Below are positions 13,778-25,452 of a DNA stretch of 64,000 nt, in pieces. The DNA comes from Octopus vulgaris (taxonomy: Eukaryota), in contig OX597824.1 in NCBI GenBank assembly GCA_951406725.2, forward strand, positions 17,360,001 through 17,424,000, written 5' to 3'. The first letter of the stretch is position 1; each line of letters opens with the position of its first letter. Below the pieces are notes generated by a model, which was given only the letters and a program-made list of their open reading frames with translations, ran no database searches and was not told where the DNA came from. A program made the translations under genes and the position numbers.

Positions 13778-14118
13778 TCTTTATATATAAAAGTAAGGTT
13801 GTGTGTCTGTCTACTCCGATTTAGATTCCTAACTACTCCCACATTTTGCGGTGCAGTGTAACCAAAACCGGGTATTAGCGCGCGTCTACGATGAGTCTAC
13901 GATTTTAAAAATAATTTACCATAATTTTTTTCCATTTTAATGCATTTTTTAAATATAAGGGAAGTAACTCTCTAAAAATGTCAACGATTTTTAAAAAATT
14001 ACCATAATTTTTTTCCATTTTTAATGCATTTTTTGCTATTTTTTGGCTATAACTCTCTAAAAATGCTTATATAGTTATTTCCCTTACAAACCCGAGCAAC
14101 GCCGGGCGATACTGCTAG
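13778..14118 (+). mobile_element. Non-autonomous Helitron
   Basis: A|TC...CCCGAGCAACGCCGGG hairpin...CTAG|T. Confidence 0.88.
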
Positions 14119-14156
14119 TTATAAATAAAACGAAACATCATTATTTCAACTGTAAT

Positions 14157-15612
14157 GTGTGTATGTCCTCAACAAGATATTGTTCCTAAATATATATCAA
14201 AAAGCTCAACGTTTTAATTGCCTACAGAAGGAATTCGTTAATCTCACTAACAATATTTCTCTCTCCTTCCGTCTCTTTCCGTCACTATCTCTGTGTAACC
14301 TTCACTAATATCCACAATTACAGAGCTAAAATTACACGTACAATAATTCGTAAAGTCATTAAACGACGATTTCAACACTAGAACAACACCTGGAACACTA
14401 AAATAATATATACGTCTCTTCAAACTGAAAAAAAAGTCTAAAAACAAACACTTCTGTGTTTATATTTTACAGAGAAAATCCTGGACTTGATGGAGGAGTA
14501 TGAGAACATCGAGATCGTCTTCCTATGTTCCTCTGTTGCCATAGTGTTGTAGTCGTTACATCTCTAGTAAGCTCTGGTTGAAGAAATATGCGACGAAGTA
14601 CAATTCTATCCGTGAACACCCTATATTTTTTCAAACATGTTAAACGTTGAGGTACGTTATCCAGGATGGTCTTTCGTTTTATTCAAAAAATATTTGATTG
14701 CTAATGTAAATAACTTGAGCCACTACGTAAGGGCGCTTCTGTAAGTAGATTGAAGCATGCTTTTTTGAGAGATCTGTTTAGGGAAATAATATAAGTCTGG
14801 TAGCTGTGTGTTAGACTTGTATTGTTGTGTATGATGCATCATTTAGAAAATGATGAGGGTATCTTGTATGAAGATGTGCTGCCATAACTATTAAAGAGAG
14901 AACGCCACTTCTATACACGTTTCATTAACGAAGTGTGAGAGAGACATGACTAAACCCTATATATCTCATAATGACAATTCTAGAAGACTTCCTACTTGAA
15001 AAGTAATTTTCGTCGTTCATCACTATCTTTTTTCACATTTATATTCTGTTTTCTATTTTTTATTTCTTTCTAGAAAAAAAAAACTGAGAAAGCACCAATT
15101 TTTCTTTTTTTTTTTGTGATTTTGTGTTGATGTTGAAAAGAAGTTGCTATAGGCGGCAGATCATGAAAGAAAGAAAAAAAAGCGCAAAATTTCTCATCAG
15201 GGTAGAAAGCAAGCAAAAGCAAGAGGCAATCCTGAAATAGATGCTTGGTACCGATAAACATCGAAAGATTTCTAAGTTTACACAAGTTTAGATTAGACGA
15301 GATCCGTATCAGCGGAGAAATGTGACAAATATTTTGGCAGGGTAAACGGAGACTGGCAGAGAAGCGTTTTGAGAAGGGAAGAAAGATGACTGCCTAGAAC
15401 ACTAGAGGTGGGTATTAGCGAGGGTTATAGGGAGATAGTGACGGAGAGAAAGAGGCGGAAGGAGGGAGAAAGAGACGGAAGGAGAGAGAAAGATAGCTAG
15501 GGAGATTAACGAATTCCTTCTGTAGGCAATTAAAACGTTGAGGTTTTTTGATAAATATCGGCAATATATATATATATATTTGGGAACAAAAGCTTGTTGA
15601 GGACATACACAC
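14157..15612. mobile_element. Foldback element with arms of about 160-200 bp and a possible decayed Penelope-type RT inside
   Basis: 14157-14315 is the inverted counterpart of 15408-15612; minus strand near 14780-14805 reads LPDLYYFPK. Confidence 0.6.
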
Positions 15613-15694
15613 TTGGTCTAATTGAAGACAGAGAAGTCTTTGAATACATCTAACAGGAAAAGCGATGATGAAACCAACGATTATGATGATAGTA

Positions 15695-16442
<748 letters not shown>

Positions 16443-16996
16443 GCCCTGATGCAGTACCAGGCAGTGGCTCTCATGGCTTCTGATCTTAACTGATTGGAAG
16501 TGTTATCATGTACATTGTTTTGTCTTGGTATAAAAGATGGGCTACAGCAAATATTCTGCTCAATACCACAGATTTGCTTGTCAGTTGTTTGACCTTAACC
16601 AGTTGACCATGTCCCGTGGTGGCTGACGATATGTGCATCTCTGATCACGAGCAGAAGTAGTGGGGGAGCATCATGGCCATGTGTTGAGAGGGATTCTTTG
16701 GGGTTTGAATAATTCACCTCTGGAAACATAGGTGTTTCGTTCAACATCCTAAAGCAACCCTTATTCAGGGACCTTTTGAGCAGGATGGGCTACTCAACCT
16801 GAAGAAAATTCTAACTAGGCTCCACCTGCAAGGTCATGTGCTGTTTATCTTGATATGAGATCACCATGTCGCGCACATATGGTTGTGATGCATGTGCCTG
16901 GTGTACCTTTATCAGACGGGTAGTCATGATGGGTATATTGGGCTTCGTATATTTTACCCCAGTGTCACTTTGATGGCATGAACTGCTCTCTCACTC
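16443..16996 (+). mobile_element. Family D, full-length copy in (TAA)n
   Basis: Starts GCCCTGATGCAGTACCAGGCAG, ends CTCTCACTC; (AAT)n on both sides. Confidence 0.85.
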
Positions 16997-17051
<55 letters not shown>

Positions 17052-17243
17052 GTCACTTTTAAAGCCATATGGGCTTGAAAATATACATGGAAGATACGAA
17101 GGAGGGGTAAACAGACTGCTGAGAAAGACTAATATGTCAGAACATAGAAATTCCAAAATGACGGAGAGAGATGATTGAAATACATTACACAATTATTACC
17201 GATGTGAATAAGAAATCAGAAAACAAAAACGTACCTGAAAATA

Positions 17244-18531
17244 TTGGGTTGGCAACTAAGTTCCCGCCGTTTTTTAAATTTTAAATTTTGGAATTTCATT
17301 GCGCTTTTAAATTTTGGAATCTATTTTGTTTCGAGAATTCTGTTCTTGAATCATTTTGAAATCTTTTTTTTTTTCTAGTTAATTTTAGTTAATTTTTGTT
17401 TATTTTCAGTTCATTAAAAAGGAATGTCAAGTTAAGAAAACGAGCATTTTTGACACTTAATTTTTACTTTTAATCAAGATTCTAAGGCTGCAAAAGGATC
17501 TCGCGAAATTTGTTTTGTGTATGGAGAGTGTGCCATAGCTGAAAGAACCGCTCGAAATTGGTATGCCAAGTCCAAAATGGAAATTTCGACCTCAAAGACG
17601 CTCCTCGTTCTGGCCTTCAAGTTGTGTTCGATGAAGAGCGATTAAACTAACTTTTGCACGAAAATTCTTGTTAAATGACAAGGAAACTGGAAGAGGAAAT
17701 GGAATGCTTCTGCACTGTTATAGAGAAGCATCTTCACTCGATGGGACAGTTCAGAAGTATGGAGTACGGGTTCTACATTCTTTAAGGGTCAACAACAAAT
17801 ATCAACGAGTCACAATCTCCGCTGGTTTGCTTGCTCGTCACCGCTCAACTCATGGACACAAGCAACGTTTTCTTTATCGAATCATTACTGGCGACGAAAA
17901 ATGGTGCCTGTACATCAATATGAAGCAGCGTAAAGAATGTCTTAGCCCCAGTAAATAAGTGAAACCGCGCGTGAAACAAGATATTCATCCGCATAAAACG
18001 ATGTTGTACGTATGGCGAAACTGGGAAGGGATTATCCATTACGAATTGCTTGAACGGAACCAAACGGTCAACGCGGAAATCTATGTTTAACAGATGGAAC
18101 GACTCAACACGGCTATTCAAGGGAAAAGACGTAATCGGCAGCATGGAGTTCTGCTTCACGACAACGCTCACTCTCATATCGACAATATGACCAAGGAAGT
18201 CATTTAAACGTGTGGATAGGAAGTGCAGCCACACCCGCCGTAATCTCATGATTTGGCACCAACGGATTTCCACCTCTTTCGATCACTTTCAAATGCTATG
18301 CGCGGTGTTTCGTTCAATACTGATGCAAATTTGAGAGCTTTGTTGGATCGATTTTTCGAGTCGCAATCGAGTGATTTCTACCAACGATGTATTGAAAATC
18401 TTGTTGAAAGTTGGGAAGAAGTTGTAAACAACAAGGGTGAATATATCATTGATTAGTTAGTTATTTTATATTAAACCTTTAAAAAAATTTAAATCTAAAA
18501 AAAAACCGCGGGAACTTAGTTGCCAACCCAA
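17244..18531 (+). mobile_element. Mariner (Tc1/mariner, D,D34D) transposon, full length, 1288 bp
   Basis: TIRs TTGGGTTGGCAACTAAGTTCCCGC / GCGGGAACTTAGTTGCCAACCCAA with TA target duplications at 17242-43 and 18532-33. Confidence 0.95.
17420..18456 (+). pseudogene. Mariner transposase pseudogene
   Basis: Motifs VLH (WVPH-like), IITGDEKW, LLHDNA and DLAPTDFHLF; several stops and frameshifts. Confidence 0.92.
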
Positions 18532-18901
18532 TAAATGAAAAGTAATAACATAAAAACACATAATTATCAAAAAACAAGAATTAAACTCTTCCACATGGTT
18601 TATCGGGGCACCACACATTTCTGAACTCGCTTCCTCCCTGCTAGCCTTCTGTATTGTTTCATTCTTATCGTTTCACCAATTACATACCAGCCATTTGTAA
18701 TCCGGGAATAAAATTAAAGTGCAGTAATAGATTAGTCTGGGTTGAACATAGACACGCCCTTTACCATAGGTTTTGGATTATATGTTAATTAAGTAACATT
18801 AAATAAAGGTTGGTTAGTGCAATGTCTTAACGGATTACAAATGGCTGGTATGTAATTGTATATTAGTATTTTTGTATTTTTGTATAGTGTGTGTAAAAAA
18901 C

Positions 18902-18981
18902 ATCCTGATGACAGGAGTGTCAGTTTTGATAATATGAAATATATCATATTACTTGGCACGTCTCTGAAACGGCCCGTAGAT
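18902..18981 (+). ncRNA. Hammerhead-ribozyme motif (type I, Penelope pLTR-like)
   Basis: ATC-CTGATGA-stem II (GTGTCAG/TTGGCAC, AATATGA/TCATATT)-GAAAC-GGCCC-GTA-GAT. Confidence 0.6.
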
Positions 18982-19319
18982 AGAACTCTAAATTTAAAAA
19001 TTTTTATGTTATCTTTCGGAGGTTTTTCATATGTTTTTTTAATGTTTCATCATCCCAAATTTTTAATTATACCAATATTTTATAACTTTTAAAATGTAAT
19101 TTCATTGTTTTATGTATAACACAGACTTGTATGTATTTATATATATATTTTATATCTTTATATATGGAATTTATACATTCGTTTTGTAAATGTGGAAGAA
19201 TATATGAATATATGTAGGTATTTGATCTTCGAGTGTGGATATTTATGTTCATCTAGTTTCCGCATGCATTACCTCCGTTCAGATTAATACATACATACAT
19301 ACATACATACATACATACA

Positions 19320-19375
<56 letters not shown>

Positions 19376-19988
19376 TATATATATATATATGCACATATAT
19401 AAGTATATGCATACACACACACACGTACAACCACACACGCACATGTATATATATATAATTAGATAGTATCCTGGCCTGCACAGTTTCTCGTGAGAGAGAA
19501 ATTTAGATTCTCCTATCTGACGGAAGGACATAATAGTAGGACTGAATGATATTGGAGAAGATTCGTTTACGTTTGACCTGAACTCGAGTGGAAGTGGCAT
19601 CCACTGTATGGTTTCAGACCCATCCGTTGCAGTACATTTTGAATGGGGTACGGAAAATCAGGTCAACAGTTTGCAAGGGACTTCCGTTGACACGCCATGA
19701 GTGCAAGATTAGCGACACCACCAATCTGAAAGACACTCGAGAGTTCCTCTACTAACGACAAGACACCACTGTCAGACGTATATGTGGACAGATGTATGCA
19801 TACATACATGCATGCAAGCGCACACTCCCACGCGTACACACACCCATATGGGAATATATGCATGTCTGTCGTTCAATTTTATTTCGAGATTTCTTGTCAA
19901 TAGAAAAAGAGCCGGTTTCTAACCTGGATACAAGGCACCTTCATTAAAATTTCAACATAAACAACAGGGTATATATGTATATATGTAT

Positions 19989-20262
19989 GGGCCGACCAAA
20001 GCCTTGTGAGTGGATTTGGTAGACGGAAACTGAAAAGAAGCCCGTCGTATATATGTATATGTATGTCTGTGTTTGTCCCCCTAGCATTGCTTGACAACCG
20101 ATGCTGGTGTGTTTGTGTCCCCGTAACTTAGCGGTTCGGCAAAAGGACCGATAGAATAAGTAATGGGCTTACAAAAAGAATAAGTCCCGGGGTCGAGATG
20201 TTCGATTAAAGGCGGTGCTCCAGCATGGCCGCAGTCAAATGACTGAAACAAGTAAAAGAGAG
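19989..20262 (+). mobile_element. SINE A, 5'-truncated
   Basis: Colinear with the 1631 copy from GGCCGACCAAAGCC onward. Confidence 0.9.
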
Positions 20263-20270
20263 TATGTGTG

Positions 20271-20585
20271 GAGGCGCAATGGCCCAGTGGTTAGGGCAGC
20301 GGACTCGCGGTCAGAGGATCGCGGTTTCGATTGCCAGACCGAACGTTGTGTGTGTTTATTGAGCGAAAACCCCTAAGAGCTCCACGATGCTCCGGCAGCG
20401 GGGGGGGGGGTGACCCCTGTCGTACTCTTTCGCCCCAACTTTCACTCACTGTCTCTTCCAGTTTCTTGAGTAACGCTGCGATGGACTGGCCTCCCGTCAA
20501 ACTGGAGAGAACACATACATCATAGAAACGGGGGAAGCTGGGCCCCAGAGCCTGGCTAGGCTTGAAAAGTGCGCATAAATAAATA
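20271..20585 (+). mobile_element. SINE C head with an alternative 3' body
   Basis: Same head as 37283; diverges after about 20455 into CTGCGATGGACTGGCC...CATAGAAACGGG...(TAAA)n. Confidence 0.8.
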
Positions 20586-20924
20586 TAAAAATGTATGTAT
20601 GCATGCATACATGCATGTATCTATATGTTTGTGCATTTGTATATGTATGAGTGTATGTATGCTATGCATATATGCAGATTTGAATGTTTTGTTTTATGAA
20701 TGTATTCTCATGCAGATAGTTGCATATCTAGATATGCTCATATATATTTGAATGACAAACTTCTAGAAAGTTTTACAAATTTTTACAGTTCCAGTGATGG
20801 ATTCGATCTGCAATCTTCGAATTAGCTTCCTCCTTTCTGGTTTTTAGAAGCCTAATTTCTCAAGATTTGTATTTTGGCACTGTATTACATATCCCAGGGC
20901 CCCAATAATTATTACAGGTATATA

Positions 20925-20978
<54 letters not shown>

Positions 20979-21216
20979 CATACATACATATATGCATGTG
21001 TATATTAAAATAATAAAGTAAACACAGAAATATAATTGATAATCGAAAATTTTATACAATTATAAGATAATATAATATACTACACTTATTCTCATTCATA
21101 TTCTTCATATTGTTACGCAGTAATTTTTAATTTATCTTTCAAACACCATTTTATAGTATTATTTCAAAAGAAAAAAAAAATACCATTTCATATATTATAC
21201 AAAATCCAAATGTTAT

Positions 21217-21306
21217 ATCTCTGAAGAGCAGAAAAGTTGTCTATAAATGCTTCTCAATATACTATTTCATTATAGGGACAACACTTCTGTGAAACGATTG
21301 TAAGAT
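21217..21306 (+). ncRNA. Hammerhead-ribozyme motif upstream of the Penelope-like ORF
   Basis: Stem I ATCT/AGAT, CTGAAGA, stem II GCAGAA/TTCTGT plus GTTGTC/GACAAC, GAAAC-GATT-GTA. Confidence 0.7.
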
Positions 21307-21494
21307 GCTTTAAATACTTAATTCAAAATTTTAAACTGTCATATACATTATATATTTATACATATTTACATATATTTTTTTACATATTTATATTCATTTA
21401 TTTATATATTTTTAATACAACAATTATTTTTCACATGTGTATAACTCTCTGAGTTTTCTTATATTGATTATCTAATATTAATAATAATATACTA

Positions 21495-21532
<38 letters not shown>

Positions 21533-21566
21533 TTTGCATCTATATATATATCTAACACACACACAC

Positions 21567-21604
<38 letters not shown>

Positions 21605-21733
21605 ATATATGTTTGTGTGTGTATAACTTTTATAGACGTATCTATGTATCTACTTCTCTATATACATGTGAGTGAGCGTGAATATGTGTGCGTAGAGCGT
21701 AAGTATATGTGTGTATTAGCGTGAGTATATTCT

Positions 21734-21767
<34 letters not shown>

Positions 21768-21789
21768 TGTTTATAACTGTTTAAGAAAA

Positions 21790-23840
21790 TTTGAGCGTCT
21801 ATACGCAAGTAAGAAGAAACAGCTGAAAAAAGATTTTATCCAAAGAATGAGATAGCGAGCTTACTTCTTTGAAATGAAACAACAGAATTACGGAAACAAG
21901 TATGGCCTCAAATCTTCCACCTATGCTGGAATTAGAAGCTTTGGAAAAAGACATGTTCGAGCTTATTAGAAAAGTAAAATTCCCCTAAATCCTGCAATTT
22001 GTTCCACAGAGATATGAAAAAACAGATTAGAAATATAAAGAACTCGGATAAGATTTTTGTAGTCTCCGATAAATCTCATCCATTGTTGAAAAAGATCTTT
22101 ACAAACGACTTATTTCGAATTGAAATTTTGATACACACAGAAGAGTTAACACGAAATTATATAAAGAGTTGTATATCGAAGCAAGAAGGATCGCTAACAA
22201 CCTTAAAGTTAGTGATAGGATAGAATACCTTCCCTGACGTCAACTCTTTACTTCCCTTAAGGACCATAAAGCTAATTTCAGTAGAATGTAGCATAATCAA
22301 CCTAGCTAAAACAGAAATAGGTATTATTAGTAAAAAATATTTTAGATTCTATTTTAAACATGTTAAATAGAGAATTAAATTTACGGATTTCGGGAAATAG
22401 TGAGTACAAGGGAATTAACCATACATGTAACTGTAAATTTATACAGTTCGACATTGTCGGTTTTTACCCGTCAATGTCCAGGTTTTTACATCTTAAAGCA
22501 TTATACTTCACCAAGCAACACGTTTCCATCGACAGTTCGGATATTGATATCATCCCGCATGCAAGAAAATCCCTTGTTTTTTACACTGATACCACCTGGG
22601 TGAAAAAGAGCGAGGATTCTTTATTTGATATGCCGATGGGGACATATGATGGGGCGGAGTTAGTTATGCTTATAGGAGCCTGGATTTTACATTACCTACA
22701 TCTGGAATTCCCTTTAATAGAATTCCTTTTTTATATACAGGGATAACGGTTTTATAGTTACTCGTGATTTAAACAGTCATGAGTTAAATAGATTCTGGAA
22801 GAATCATTACTTTCTTCCAAAGAATGGGGTTACGGTTAACGATAGAATCTAACCTATATAATGTAGATTTTATGAATATTAGCTTAGATAGGCTACTGTA
22901 AGCCTAATGAAAGACTATATTATATTAGCAAAGGGTCAAATCATCTACCCTTTATACTCAAGCATTTAGTTATTGATATAGGAAAGCGCATGTGGTCCTT
23001 AACTTCAGACGAGATAGTGTTTCAAAATGCTTTACTGTATTATGATAATGCATTAAGGAACAGCGGATTCTCGAAGATCCAGTATAGTCAAAGCCCTACT
23101 AGTAATAATAGAATCCGTAGAACTAGAACTAGGATAGTCTTATGGTTTAATCTGGCATTTAACATTGCAGTAAAAACTAATGTAGGTAAAGAATTCCAGA
23201 GACTAATTTCTAGGCACTTCCGAGAAAACCTTAAGTTCTATAGAATTTTTAATAGGAGAACGCTGAAGACTAGCTATTTTTCTTGCAAGAGTTTCGTGTA
23301 TTTAATTGATCAGCACAACACGAAAACTATTAGATGCAAGGACATTACTAGAAATAACCAGAAAAATTGCAGTTGTAAAGATCAATGTTGTTATCTGTTG
23401 GGAGGAATTTGTATAGAGAAAGGAATTGTTTATAGAGCTAAGGTACAAAAGATGGCTCACAAGAATACAAAACATATACAGGAGCTACGGAAAATTCCTT
23501 TAAGACTAGATTATATTCCCATCGTATTTCATCTTGACACCTCGAGAATAGAACAACAATGAGTCTTGCCAAACATGTCTAGCATTTAGAAGAAAATGAT
23601 ACCCGTCCTTTCAATATCAGCTGGGTGATTTTGGAGAAAGCTGTACCATATAAGCATGTAGCATATATACGCACTATAAGGTGCAGTTTATGCCTGACCG
23701 AAAAACTCTTCATCCTGTTCCAGGATGAATATGCATTGAACCAGAGACAGGAGCTTTTGACTTCCTGCAGACATGCTACGAGGTATAAAATGTCTACTGA
23801 TAAATACCATAAATGCCATACCGAAATTAATAACATTTAA
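21790..23840 (+). pseudogene. Penelope-like element (RT plus GIY-YIG endonuclease), decayed; Naiad-like
   Basis: LKDHKANF, FIQFDIVGFYPS, LFDMPMGTYDGAE, VLWFN, CxxxxxCxLGGIC-GIVYRA, ATENSFKTRL, RCSLCLTEK, LNQRQELLTSCRH, spread over frameshifted ORFs. Confidence 0.88.
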
Positions 23841-24817
23841 TTTCCGCATTTGAATTTGGCTTTCCCACCTAACAGCAGTCATCATTTTGTACGATATCGC
23901 CCTTACAGTTTACATTTTTCGACCTTCGACTGCTTATAAACTTTTATTATACTTAATTTTTCATTTTATTTTCATCGCGTTTTGTAACCGTTACTTTTAA
24001 AAGCCCTTTTTGAGCAATTTCATTTTTTTTTACAATGTAATTCAGCCCACAATATACGTCACAATTTTAATTTATAATTGTATATCTTAAAATCCCTTTT
24101 ACAATCGCCTAATAATTGTTGTATAGACATCACGTGTTTCTTATGTTTTTAAAGACATCGAATACCAGAATGGATTTGTTTTATTTTATTTTATTATATT
24201 TAATTTTTTTTATTGTTTACTTAATTACTCCCATTGCATTCATTCATCATTTTTATTCATTTAATTATTTCCATTTTTTTATCATTTTTATTATCCTTGA
24301 TTGTAATGCGATTGTGATGCCAGAGCATTAATGGACTTAGTAAAAATTCTTTGGAGATTTTCGGCAGTCACTAAGTTTTCTCATTTAAAGTTCGCCGAGG
24401 CCAAACTTTATATTATATTATTACACTATTAATTTAATTGTATTATTGAATTTTTTTCGGTGCACAATTTGAAGTTACACTAATTTGAAATACAGTATAC
24501 TAGACAAACGGTTTTAAATATACTCCTGTGCGTATATACGTTATCGTACATATAAGTTTGTTTACGTACATATATGTGTATATAGATGATATATTATATA
24601 TACACACGGGTGTGTATGATTGTGTATAGAAGAATATATTACTCAAAGACATTTCAACTTTGATTTTTCACGTTTTATTTACGATTTTATCATAATATAA
24701 TATAAAATAACATTATTCACATTATTTACATTTGACGGATATTAGTCCTCATCTTGTTTGTTGCTAACACAACGTTCCGGGTGATATACACTCCAGCCTT
24801 CATCAGGTGTATTTGGT

Positions 24818-24888
24818 ATATGGCGTTGTGGTTAGGAACGCAGGCTACTAACCCCAAGATTCCGAGTTCGATTCCAGGCAGTAACCTG
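24818..24888 (+). promoter_or_regulatory. tRNA-like Pol III internal promoter (A box and B box)
   Basis: TGGCGTTGTGG and GAGTTCGATTCC with tRNA-like spacing. Confidence 0.65.
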
Positions 24889-24895
24889 AATAATG

Positions 24896-24961
<66 letters not shown>

Positions 24962-25033
24962 TTAATTACAATAATAATAACATCAAAAAATACCTTAATA
25001 ATAATAATAATAGTAATAATAATAATAATAATG

Positions 25034-25142
<109 letters not shown>

Positions 25143-25189
25143 CAACAACAACAACATCAAAAAATACCCAGGTTTAAAATTTCTCCCAG

Positions 25190-25235
25190 AACACCTGATG
25201 AATGCTGGAGGGTATATCAGCCGAAACGTTGTGTT
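25190..25235 (+). ncRNA. Minimal hammerhead-ribozyme motif
   Basis: Stem I AACAC/GTGTT, CTGATGA, stem II GCTG/CAGC, GAAAC-GTT with palindromic ACGT stem III. Confidence 0.7.
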
Positions 25236-25452
25236 AACAACAAAGATGAGGACAAATATCCGTCAAATGTAAATAATGTAAACAATATAAATAATATTCA
25301 TAATTACTCATCTCTTCAATATAGAACTGTAAGATAATATATGATGAAATGATAGAATATGAAATGCCCATTCCAATCGAACATGTACTTCCATGCATCA
25401 AACTATGCAGTTTGCAAAAATTAACATTCTGGAGTCTATACAAATGTATTTA

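Noticed and set aside
19470-19780. GC-richer unique-looking segment (also about 49000-49330)
   Set aside because: No convincing ORF, splice signals or motif; probably unidentified TE debris
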